Position numbers and translations under genes: made by a program
Part shown: piece after piece, positions 11,701 to 22,330 of the stretch
How positions within the stretch are numbered: the stretch's first letter is position 1
Layout: the number at the start of each line of letters is the position of its first letter
The notes under the pieces: model-generated
Told to the model about the DNA's origin: nothing
What the model saw: only the letters and a program-made list of their open reading frames with translations
Database searches by the model: none
Source of the DNA: Octopus sinensis
Taxonomy: Eukaryota
DNA: 64,000 bases
Direction: 5' to 3'
Assembly (NCBI RefSeq): GCF_006345805.1
Contig: NC_043025.1
Span: 6,572,001-6,636,000 of the forward strand

Positions 11701-14700
11701 TCCGTGGCAGTGGCACATAAAAAGCACCATCCAAACGTGGCCGATGCCAGCACTGCCTAGACTGGCTTCCGTGGCAGTGGCACATAAAAAGCACCATCCA
11801 AACGTGGCCGATGCCAGCACTGCCTAGACTGGCTTCTGTGGCAGTGGCACATAAAAAGCACCATCCAAACGTGGCCGATGCAGCACTGCCTAGACTGGCT
11901 TCCGTGGCAGTGGCACATAAAAGCACCATCCAAACGTGGCCGATGCCAGCACTGCCTAGACTGGCTTCTGTGGCAGTGGCACATAAAAAGCACCATCCAA
12001 ACGTGGCCGATGCCAGCACTGCCTAGACTGGCTTCCGTGGCAGTGGCACATAAAAGCACCATCCAAACGTGGCCGATGCCAGCACTGCCTAGACTGGCTT
12101 CCGTGGCAGTGGCACATAAAAAGCACCATCCAAACGTGGCCGATGCCAGCACTGCCTAGACTGGCTTCCGTGGCAGTGGCACATAAAAAGCACCATCCAA
12201 ACGTGGCCGATGCCAGCACTGCCTAGACTGGCTTCCGTGGCAGTGGCACATAAAAAGCACCATCCAAACGTGGCCGATGCCAGCACTGCCTAGACTGGCT
12301 TCCGTGGCAGTGGCACATAAAAAGCACCATCCAAACGTGGCCGATGCCAGCACTGCCTAGACTGGCTTCCGTGGCAGTGGCACATAAAAAGCACCATCCA
12401 AACGTGGCCGATGCCAGCACTGCCTAGACTGGCTTCCGTGGCAGTGGCACATAAAAAGCACCATCCAAACGTGGCCGATGCCAGCACTGCCTAGACTGGC
12501 TTCTGTGGCAGTGGCACATAAAAAGCACCATCCAAACGTGGCCGAGCCAGCACTGCCTAGACTGGCTTCCGTGGCAGTGGCACATAAAAAGCACCATCCA
12601 AACGTGGCCGATGCCAGCACTGCCTAGACTGGCTTCCTGTGGCAGTGGCACATAAAAAGCACCATCCAAACGTGGCCGATGCCAGCACTGCCTAGACTGG
12701 CTTCCGTGGCAGTGGCACATAAAAAGCACCATCCAAACGTGGCCGATGCCAGCACTGCCTAGACTGGCTTCCGTGGCAGTGGCACAAAAAGCACCATCCA
12801 AACGTGGCCGATGCCAGCACTGCCTAGACTGGCTTCCGTGGCAGTGGCACATAAAAAGCACCATCCAACGTGGCCGATGCCAGCACTGCCTAGACTGGCT
12901 TCCGTGGCAGTGGCACATAAAGCACCATCCAAACGTGGCCGATGCCAGCACTGCCTAGACTGGCTTCCGTGGCAGTGGCACATAAAAAGCACCATCCAAA
13001 CGTGGCCGATGCCAGCACTGCCTAGACTGGCTTCTGTGGCAGTGGCACATAAAAGCACCATCAAACGTGGCCGATGCCAGCACTGCCTAGACTGGCTTCT
13101 GTGGCATGGCACATAAAAAGCACCATCCAAACGTGGCCGATGCCAGCACTGCCTAGACTGGCTTCCGTGGCAGTGGCACATAAAAAGCACCATCCAACGT
13201 GGCCGATGCCAGCACTGCCTAGACTGGCTTCCGTGGCAGTGGCACATAAAAGCACCATCCAAACGTGGCCGATGCCAGCACTGCCTAGACTGGCTTCTGT
13301 GGCAGTGGCACATAAAAAGCACCATCCAAACGTGGCCGATGCCAGCACTGCCTAGACTGGCTTCCGTGGCAGTGGCACATAAAAAGCACCATCCAAACGT
13401 GGCCGATGCCAGCACTGCCTAGACTGGCTTCCGTGGCAGTGGCACATAAAAAGCACCATCCAAACGTGGCCGATGCCAGCACTGCCTAGACTGGCTTCCG
13501 TGGCAGTGGCACATAAAAAGCACCATCCAAACGTGGCCAATGCCAGCACTGCCTAGACTGGCTTCCGTGGCAGTGGCACATAAAAAGCACCATCCAAACG
13601 TGGCCGATGCCAGCACTGCCTAGACTGGCTTCTGTGGCAGTGGCACATAAAAAGCACCATCCAAACGTGGCCGATGCCAGCACTGCCTAGACTGGCTTCT
13701 GTGGCAGTGGCACATAAAAAGCACCATCCAACGTGGCCGATGCCAGCACTGCCTAGACTGGCTTCGTGGCAGTGGCACATAAAAAGCACCATCCAAACGT
13801 GGCCGATGCCAGCACTGCCTAGACTGGCTTCCGTGGCAGTGGCACATAAAAAGCACCATCCAAACGTGGCCGATGCCAGCACTGCCTAGACTGGCTTCTG
13901 TGGCAGTGGCACATAAAAAGCACCATCCAAACGTGGCCGATGCCAGCACTGCCTAGACTGGCTTCCGTGGCAGTGGCACATAAAAAGCACCATCCAAACG
14001 TGGCCGATGCCAGCACTGCCTAGACTGGCTTCCGTGGCAGGGCACAAAAAGCACCATCCAAACTTGGCCGATGCCAGCACTGCCTAGACTGGCTTCGTGG
14101 CAGTGGCACATAAAAGCACCATCCAAACGTGGCCGATGCCAGCACTGCCTAGACTGGCTTCCGTGGCAGTGGCACATAAAAAGCACCATCCAAACGTGGC
14201 CGATGCCAGCACTGCCTAGACTGGCTTCGTGGCAGTGCACATAAAAAGCACCATCCAACGTGGCCGATGCCAGCACTGCCTAGACTGGCTTCTGTGCAGT
14301 GGCACATAAAAAAGCACCATCCAAACGTGGCCGATGCCAGCACTGCCTAGACTGGCTTCTGTGGCAGTGGCACATAAAACACCATCCAAACGTGGCCGAT
14401 GCCAGCACTGCCTAGACTGGCTTCCGTGGCAGGGCACATAAAAAGCACCATCCAAACGTGGCCGATGCCAGCACTGCCTAGACTGGCTTCTGTGCAGTGG
14501 CACATAAAAAGCACCAATCCAAACGTGGCCGATGCCAGCACTGCCTAGACTGGCTTCTGTGGCAGTGGCACATAAAAAGCACCATCCAAACGTGGCCGAT
14601 GCCATCACTGCCTAGACTGGCTTCCGTGGCAGTGGCACATAAAAGCACCATCCAAACGTGGCCGATGCCAGCACTGCCTAGACTGGCTTTGTGGCAGTGG

Positions 14701-17700
14701 CACATAAAAGCACCATCCAAACGTGGCCGATGCCAGCACTGCCTAGACTGGCTTCTGTGGCAGTGGCACATAAAAAGCACCATCCAACGTGCCGATGCCA
14801 GCACTGCCTAGACTGCTTCTGTGGCAGTGGCACATAAAAAGCACCATCCAAACGTGGCCGATGCCAGCACCGCCTAGACTGCTTCCGTGGCAGTGGCACA
14901 TAAAAGCACCATCCAACGTGCCGATGCCAGCACTGCCTAGACTGGCTTCCGTGGCAGTGGCACATAAAAGCACCATCCAAACGTGGCCGATGCCAGCACT
15001 GCCTAGACTGGCTTCCTGGCAGTGGCACATAAAAGCACCATCCAAACGTGGCCGATGCCAGCACTGCCTAGACTGGCTTCTGTGGCAGTGGCACATAAAA
15101 AGCACCATCCAACGTGGCCGATGCCAGCACTGCCTAGACTGGCTTCTGTGGCAGTGGCACATAAAAAGCACCATCCAAACGTGGCCGATGCCACCACTGC
15201 CTAGACTGGCTTCTGTGGCAGTGGCACATAAAAAGCCCATCCAAACGTGGCCGATGCCAGCACTGCCTAGACTGGCTTCTGTGGCAGTGGCACATAAAAA
15301 GCACCATCGAAACGTGGCCGATGCCAGCACTGCCTAGACTGGCTTCCGTGACAGTGGCACATAAAAAGCACCATCCAAACGTGGCCGATGCCAGCACTGC
15401 CTAGACTGTCTTCTGTGGCAGTGGCACATAAAAGCACCATCCAAACGTGGCCGATGCCAGCACTGCCTAGACTGGCTTCCGTGGCAGTGGCACATAAAAA
15501 GCACCATCCAAACGTGGCCGATGCCAGCACTGCCTAGACTGGCTTCTGTGGCAGTGGCACATAAAGCACCATCCAAACGTGGCCGATGCCAGCACTGCCT
15601 AGACTGGCTTCCGTGACAGTGGCACATAAAAAGCACCATCCAAACGTGGCCGATGCCAGCACTGCCTAGACTGGCTTCCGTGGCAGTGGCACATAAAAAG
15701 CACCATCCAAACGTGGCCGATGCCACACCGCCTAGACTGGCTTCTGTGGCAGTGGCACATAAAAAGCACCATCCAAACGTGGCCGATGCCAGCACTGCCT
15801 AGACTGGCTTCGTGGCAGTGGCACATAAAAACACCATCCAAACGTGGCCGATGCCAGCACTGCCTAGACTGGCTTCCGTGGCAGTGGCACATAAAAAGCA
15901 CCATCCAAACGTGGCCGATGCCAGCACTGCCTAGACTGGCTTCCGTGGCAGTGGCACATAAAAAGCACCATCCAACGTGGCCGATGCCAGCACCGCCTAG
16001 ACTGGCTTCCGTGGCAGTGGCACATAAAAAGCACCATCCAAACGTTGCCAATGGCCAGCACTGCCTAGACTGGCTTCCGTGGCAGTGGCACATAAAAAGC
16101 ACCATCCAACGTGGCCGATGCCAGCACTGCCTAGACTGGCTTCTGTGGCAGTGGCACATAAAAAGCACCATCCAAACGTGGCCGATGCCAGCACTGCCTA
16201 GACTGGCTTCCGTGGACAGTGGGACATAAAAAAGCACCATCCAAACGTGCCGATGCAGCACTGCCTAGACTGGCTTCCGTGGCAGTGGCACATAAAAAGC
16301 ACCATCCAAACGTGGCCGATGCCAGCACGCCTAGACTGGCTTCTGTCGCAGTGGCACATAAAAAGCACCATCCAAACGTGGCCGATGCCAGCACTGCCTA
16401 GACTGGCTTCTGTGGCAGTGGCACATAAAAAGCACCATCCAAACGTGGCCGATGCCAGCACTGCCTAGACTGGCTTCCGTGGCAGTGGCACATAAAAAAG
16501 CACCATCCAAACGTGGCCGATGCCAGCACTGCCTAGACTGGCTTCCGTGGCAGTGGCACATAAAAGCAGCACCATCCAAACGTGGCCGATGCCAGCACTG
16601 CCTAGACTGGCTTCTGTGGCAGTGGCACATAAAAAGCACCATCCAAACGTGGCCGATGCCAGCACTGCCTAGACTGGCTTCTGTGGCAGTGGCACATAAA
16701 AAGCACCATCCAAACGTGGCCGATGCCAGCACTGCCTAGACTGGCTTCTGTGGCAGTGGCACATAAAAAGCACCATCCAAACGTGGCCGATGCCAGCACT
16801 GCCTAGACTGGCTTCTGTGGCAGTGGCACATAAAAAGCACCATCCAAACGTGCCGATGCCAGCACTGCCTAGACTGGCTTCCGTGGCAGTGGCACATAAA
16901 AAAGCACCATCCAAACGTGGCCGATGCCAGCACTGCCTAGACTGGCTTCCGTGGAAGTGGCACATAAAAAGCACCATCCGAACGTGGCCGATGCCAGCAC
17001 TGCCTAGACTGGCTTCCGTGGCAGTGGCACATAAAAAGCACCTTCCAAACGTGGCCGATGCCAGCACTGCCTAGACTGGCTTCTGTGGCAGTGGGCCATA
17101 AAAAGCACCATCCAAACGTGGCGATGCCAGCACTGCCTAGACTGGCTTCCGTGGCAGTGGCACATAAAAAGCACCATCCAAACGTGGCCGATGCCAGCAC
17201 CGCCTAGACTGGCTTCCGTGGCAGTGGCACAAAAAGCACCATCCAAACGTGGCCGATGCCAGCACTGCCTAGACTGGCTTCTGTGGCAGTGGCACATAAA
17301 AGCACCATCCAACGTGGCCGATGCCAGCCCGCCTAGACTGGCTTCCGTGGCAGTGGCACATAAAAAGCACCATCCAAACGTGGCCGATGCCAGCACTGCC
17401 TAGACTGGCTTCTGTGGCAGTGCACATAAAAAGCACCATCCAAACGTGGCCGATGCCAGCACTGCCTAGACTGGCTTCTGTGGCAGTGGCACATAAAAAG
17501 CACCATCCAAACGTGGCCGATGCCAGCACTGCCTAGACTGGCTTCTGTGGCAGTGGCACATAAAAAGCACCATCCAAACGTGCCGAGCCAGGACTGCCTA
17601 GACTGGCTTCTGTGTGCAGTGCACATAAAAGCACCATCCAAACGTGGCCGATGCCAGCACTGCCTAGACTGGCTTCTGTGGCAGTGGCACATAAAAAGCA

Positions 17701-18150
17701 CCATCCAAACGTGGCCGATGCCAGCACTGCCTAGACTGGCTTCTGTGGCAGTGGCACATAAAAAGCACCATCCAAACGTGGCCGATGCCAGCACTGCCTA
17801 GAACTGGCTTCTGTGGCAGTGGCACCTAAAAAGCACCATCCAAACGTGGCCGATGCAGCACTGCCTAGACTGGCTTCTGTGGCAGTGGCACATAAAACGC
17901 ACCATCCAAACGTGCCGATGCCAGCACTGCCTACTGGCTTCTGTGGCAGTGGCACATAAAAGCACCATCCAAACGTGGCCGATCCAGCACTGCCATAGAC
18001 TGGCTTCCGTGGCAGGGCACATAAAAAGCACCATCCAACGTGGCCGATGCCAGCACTGCCTAGACTGGCTTCCGTGGCAGTGGCACATAAAAAGCACCAT
18101 CCAAACGTGGCCGATGCCAGCACCGCCTAGACTGGCTTCCGTGCCGGTGG
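5715..18150. repeat. 67-bp satellite array, ~185 copies
   Basis: Monomer GGCAGTGGCACATAAAAAGCACCATCCAAACGTGGCCGATGCCAGCACTGCCTAGACTGGCTTC(C/T)GT; 67-nt period confirmed by ORF-track offsets; copy number estimated as span/67. Confidence 0.98.
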
Positions 18151-18390
18151 AACGTAAAAAGCACAAGTCCGATCGTGGCCGTTGCCAGCCTCGCCTGGCA
18201 CCCGTGCCGGTGGCACGTAAAAAGCACCCACTACACTCACGGAGTGGTTGTCGTTAGGACGGGCATCTGGCTGTAGAAACACTGCCAGATCAGACTGGAG
18301 CCTGGTGCAGCCTTCTGGCTTCCCAGATCCCCGGTCGAACCGTCCAACCCATGTTAGCATGGAAAGCGGACGCTAAACGATGATGATGAT
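18130..18390 (+). mobile_element. 3' end of the family B element that hosts the satellite
   Basis: Ancestral-type modules GTGCCGGTGGCACGTAAAAAGCAC continue into CCCACTACACTCACGGAGTGGTTG.. and the AGCATGGAAAGCGGACGCTAAACGATGATGAT tail, matching 2830-3443. Confidence 0.85.
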
Positions 18391-18604
18391 TTCCTTTATA
18401 AATGACCCCCCTTTAATTTTCTTTGTTGTTTGTACTCTGTATAAGTTTGATCTGTTAATATAAATATTCATCATCTGAATGGTTTTCAATCTTCCCTTTC
18501 TGTTTGCATAAAAAAATGAAGAACAAACACACAAAAATAACAACAATGCAAGGACGTGATACATGTAAAGTATTAGCAGATGGTCAGGGAAGTAAAGAAA
18601 GGTG

Positions 18605-18639
18605 GTTTTACATTTCAAACAAAGCTCTTCTTCAGAAAC
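18605..18639 (-). ncRNA. Decayed minimal type I hammerhead ribozyme motif
   Basis: GTTT-CTGAAGA-A-GAGC-TTT-GTTT-GAAAT-GTA-AAAC; stem I GTTT/AAAC; C>T changes relative to the canonical GCTC-GAAAC-GTA. Confidence 0.55.
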
Positions 18640-18716
18640 AGAGGAAAGTACAATAGAAAAGGAAGATGGAGGGAAAAAAAATCGCCAACGATTCACATGT
18701 GGTTACATTTTGAAAT

Positions 18717-18752
18717 TCTTCTGAAGAAGAGCTTTTGCTCAAAACATAAAAC
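18717..18752 (+). ncRNA. Decayed minimal type I hammerhead ribozyme motif
   Basis: CTGAAGA-A-GAGC-TTTT-GCTC-AAAAC-ATA-AAAC; G>A changes at both CpGs relative to GCTC-GAAAC-GTA. Confidence 0.55.
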
Positions 18753-18883
18753 CACCTTTCTTTCCTTCCCTGACCATCTGCTAATACTTTACATGTACTA
18801 TGTCCTCACATTGTAGTTTTTTTTTTTGTGTTAGTTCTTTGTTTTTTGAGACTTTAAATTTGTGTGCGTGTGTGTGTGTGTGG

Positions 18884-19110
18884 AGATGCATTGGCACAGT
18901 GGTTAGGGCAGCGGACTCGTGAGTGTTTATTGAGCTAAAACACCTAAAAGATCCACGAGGCTCTGGCAGGGGGTGGTGGCGATCCCTGGTGTACTCTTTT
19001 GCCACAACTTTCTCTCACTCTTTCTTCTGTTGGCCTGCTCGCTTAGCCAGCAGGGTGGCGTCATTTGAAGGCTAAAACAATGCGAAGCACATTGTGACCA
19101 TCTGATAGTC
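18884..19110 (+). mobile_element. SINE family C partial copy
   Basis: Matches 34474-34680 (CAGTGGTTAGGGCAGCGGACTCG..GTGAGTGTTTATTGAG..AAAACACCTAAAAG..) with part of the head deleted. Confidence 0.75.
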
Positions 19111-19363
19111 TGGTCCGTCACATTATCATGTGATATATATATGAAATATATATATTGTATATCAAACCCAAGCTATCATATTTAATTTGTTTATCCACAT
19201 AATTGCCTCCATATCTGCTCACCCAGATTCCTCCTACAGCTACACTTTTCCCTGTAGAACTGGTCCCTTGCTGGTCCCTTGTAAAGACATTGGAACCTAA
19301 GTGTGAATCATTTGAGTGCTACTTTTTTCTTATACTAAGAATCTCTTCCTCACATCTGTTGAC

Positions 19364-19399
<36 letters not shown>

Positions 19400-19402
<3 letters not shown>

Positions 19403-19530
19403 AAAAAATACAAACTGGGACAAGAACGCAAAACATTTAGAAGACGATTCAAAAAACACGGATGGGACATTCAAAGCCTTCAATCTTCAGTCAAGAACCG
19501 GATCATCCTTGCAATTTCGGCTGATTAATC
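19400..19530 (-). mobile_element. Dispersed repeat fragment (probably Penelope-like), also at 25060-25151
   Basis: AAAAATACAAACTGGGACAAGAACG..AAACATTTAGAAGACGAT..GGGACATTC.AAGCCTTCAATCTTCAGTCAAG occurs twice, each next to TA/TG repeats. The family assignment is inference. Confidence 0.5.
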
Positions 19531-19924
19531 TTTAAATTATAACAAAAACAGGACGTCACAGACAGGCGTCTTTTTGACAGGACGAGTAAACTTTGAGCTG
19601 GCGTGTTAGAAAAATGCCTTAGGGCAGAGAGAGAAAAAATGCGTCTTGTCGCGACGACTGCTAAGCACGAAAGGCCAGCAGCAATCGGTCAGTCAGTCAT
19701 GTGTGAGGAGAAGAGAGAGGAAAAGAGGGACAGATGAATTAAGGAGGGGGAGAAGAGAGAAAAAAGGGGAACAAGGAACAAAGGAGGAGGAGAAGAGAGA
19801 GAGAGAGAGAGCGAGAAAGAGACAGATCAAAGTGGAGTGCAAAGTGTGAAAGGCAGAGAAATGTAGGAGAGGGGGGGGAGAGAGACGAGTTATCGAGTTG
19901 TAACAAGTTTTAAAGAATATGTAC

Positions 19925-19937
19925 TTACATATATATA

Positions 19938-19994
<57 letters not shown>

Positions 19995-20207
19995 TATACA
20001 TATATATATGTGTATATATATGTGTATATATATGTATATATATTGTTATATATGTATATATATATGTGTATATATGTGTATATATATGTTGTATATATGT
20101 GTATATATGTGTATATATATGTGTATATATATGTGTATATATATGTATATATATGTGTATATAATATTTGTATATATATATGTATAATATATGTGTATAT
20201 ATATATG

Positions 20208-20240
<33 letters not shown>

Positions 20241-20517
20241 GTGTATATATATGTATATATATGTATATATGTATATATATGTGTAATATATGTATATATT
20301 ATGTATATGTATATATATATGTATAATATATGTATATATGTATATATATATATGTATATATATGTGTATATATATGTGTATATATATGTATATGTATATA
20401 TATATATGTATATATATATATTTATATATATGTATATATATATATGTATATATATATATGTATATATATATATATGTATATATATGTATACATATATATG
20501 TATATATATATATATGT

Positions 20518-20553
<36 letters not shown>

Positions 20554-20590
20554 TGTATATATATGATGTATATCTATATATGTATATATT
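19925..20590. repeat. (TA)n/(TATG)n compound microsatellite
   Basis: ~650 bp of TA with interspersed TG. Confidence 0.95.
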
Positions 20591-20705
20591 AACAATAGGA
20601 ACGGCCATAATAGGCCATTCACCACTAGAAATACCAGCCAAACTTCACCGCAAATAAAGATCAATTCCGTAAACAGGAGAAAATTAAAAAAACATTTACC
20701 CTGTA

Positions 20706-20812
20706 ATTTCTTGTACGGTATACCGTTTCATCCTCTGTTTAATGGTAAACTAACCTGATTAAATTAAATCAAGCCAATCCTCCATAAGCCCTCGGATTCT
20801 TCAGCAAGAAAT
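20706..20812 (-). ncRNA. Complete type I hammerhead ribozyme with long stem II
   Basis: Stem I ATTTCTTG/CAAGAAAT (8 bp); core CTGAAGA; stem II base ATCC/GGAT; GAAA; stem III ACGG-TATA-CCGT; cleavage triplet GUA (predicted cut between 20714 and 20713). Confidence 0.85.
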
Positions 20813-21452
20813 AGCTCAAGTCGGGACAGATATATACACGAGGCATACCCAATCTTGCCAAGTCAATATCTGACCTAAAATTTTCAAATCGTCGCACTCG
20901 CGCCAAATTTATCGGCAGCAAATAGATATCAGCCGTCGATTCCATTACGGAATTAACCAAAAAATTCATAATTAATCAATATAGGGTGGCAAGGAAAATT
21001 TTGTAGAATTTTATTGCCATCAGCGGCCCAGCGGGAAAAATTAAATAGTCATAGACCATTTTTAAGTTCAACATTAACAATTAAGGAACGGCCATAATAG
21101 GCCATTCACCCACTAGAAATAACAGCCAAAGCTTGTAGAAGCTTTGGCTGTTATTTCTAGTGGGTGAATGGCCTATTATGGCCGTTCCTTAATTGTTAAT
21201 GTTGAACTTAAAAATGGTCTATGACTATTTAATTTTTTCCCGCTGGGCCGCTGGTGGCAATACAATTCTACAAAATTTTCCTTGCCACCTATATTGATTA
21301 TTATGAATTTTTTGGTTAATTCCGTAATGGATCGACGCTGATATCTATTTGCTGCCGATAATTTGGCGCGAGTGCGACGATTTGAAAATTTTAGGTCAGT
21401 ATTGACTTGGCAGATTGGGTATGCCCTCGTGTATATCTGTCCGCCTTGAGCT

Positions 21453-21556
21453 ATTCTTCTGAAGAATCCGAGGGCTTATGGAGGATTGTTTGATTTAATT
21501 TAATCAGGTTAGTTTACCATTAAACAGAGGATGAAACGGTATACCGTACAAGAAAT
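21453..21556 (+). ncRNA. Type I hammerhead ribozyme, inverted second copy
   Basis: ATTCTT-CTGAAGA-ATCC...GGAT-GAAA-CGG-TATA-CCG-TA-CAAGAAAT. The 5' stem I strand lacks 2 nt relative to the left copy; predicted cut after 21548. Confidence 0.8.
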
Positions 21557-21769
21557 TACAGGGTAAATGTTTTTTTAATTTCTCCTGTTTACGGAATTGA
21601 TCTTTATTTGCGGTAGAAGCTTGGCTGTTATTTCTATGGGTGAATGGCCTATATGGCCGTCCTTAATTGTTAATGTGAACTTAAAATGGTCTATACTATT
21701 TAATGTTTTTCCCGCTGGGCGCTGGTGGCATAAAATTCTACAAAATTTTCCTTGCACCCTATATTTATA

Positions 21770-21806
21770 ATTATATATGTATATATAATATATTATATAA
21801 TATATG

Positions 21807-21837
<31 letters not shown>

Positions 21838-21908
21838 GTATAATATATATGTATAGATATATATGTATTATATATATATATGTTATATATATATGTATAT
21901 ATATATAT

Positions 21909-21939
<31 letters not shown>

Positions 21940-22330
21940 TGTGTATATATATATGTATATATATATATGTATATATATATGTATATATATATATGTATAT
22001 ATATATATGTATATATTATATGTATATATATATGTATAATATATATATGTATATATATATATATGTATATATATATATGTGTATATATATATTGTATATA
22101 TATATGTATATATATATATGTGAATATATATGTGTCTATATATATGTGTATATATATATGTATATATATATATGTATGTATATATATATATGTATATATA
22201 TATGTATGTATATATATATGTAATATATATAGATGTATATATATATGTATATATATATATATATATGTATGTATATATATGTATATATATATATATGTAT
22301 GTATATATATATATGTATGTGTGTGTGTAA
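21770..22330. repeat. (TA)n/(TATG)n compound microsatellite
   Basis: ~550 bp TA-rich repeat. Confidence 0.95.

Larger units (their letters stand above)
18544..18813. mobile_element. Inverted pair of Penelope-like pseudo-LTR fragments (~90-bp arms)
   Basis: 18544-18636 and 18720-18813 are reverse complements (shared core TACATGTAAAGTATTAGCAGATGGTCAGGGAAG..AAAGAAAGGTGGTTTTA). Each arm carries a decayed minimal hammerhead motif. Confidence 0.65.
20590..21770. repeat. Fold-back array of a ~480-490-bp tandem unit (retrozyme-like)
   Basis: Left arm 20590-21134 is the reverse complement of the right arm. Centre AAGCTT-GTAG-AAGCTT at 21129-21144. The unit recurs head-to-tail in each arm (ACGGCC at 20601 and 21088, period 487; GTAGAAGCTT at 21135 and 21613, period 478). 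Confidence 0.9.

Noticed and set aside
5715-18150. CRISPR-like regularity, or a ribozyme in the 67-bp monomer
   Set aside because: There are no unique spacers and no cas genes, and no CUGANGA/GAAA core on either strand.
5577-18257. Well over 100 near-identical ORFs (MLASATFGWCFL.., MPALPRLASV..)
   Set aside because: They are translations of a 67-bp satellite whose period is not a multiple of 3; longer ORFs arise from indels.
18544-18813. MITE interpretation of the ~90-bp inverted repeat
   Set aside because: There is no clean TSD (AA versus TA), and hammerhead motifs in both arms fit Penelope-like pseudo-LTRs better.
20640-21130. Second, opposite-polarity ribozyme in the ~480-nt unit (viroid-like ambisense pair)
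   Set aside because: No CUGANGA core is present on the complementary strand of the unit. Other ribozyme classes were not excluded without a covariance search.
21129-21144. HindIII ligation or Hi-C junction as the cause of the palindrome
   Set aside because: The junction is AAGCTT-GTAG-AAGCTT, neither a religated single site nor the AAGCTAGCTT fill-in product.
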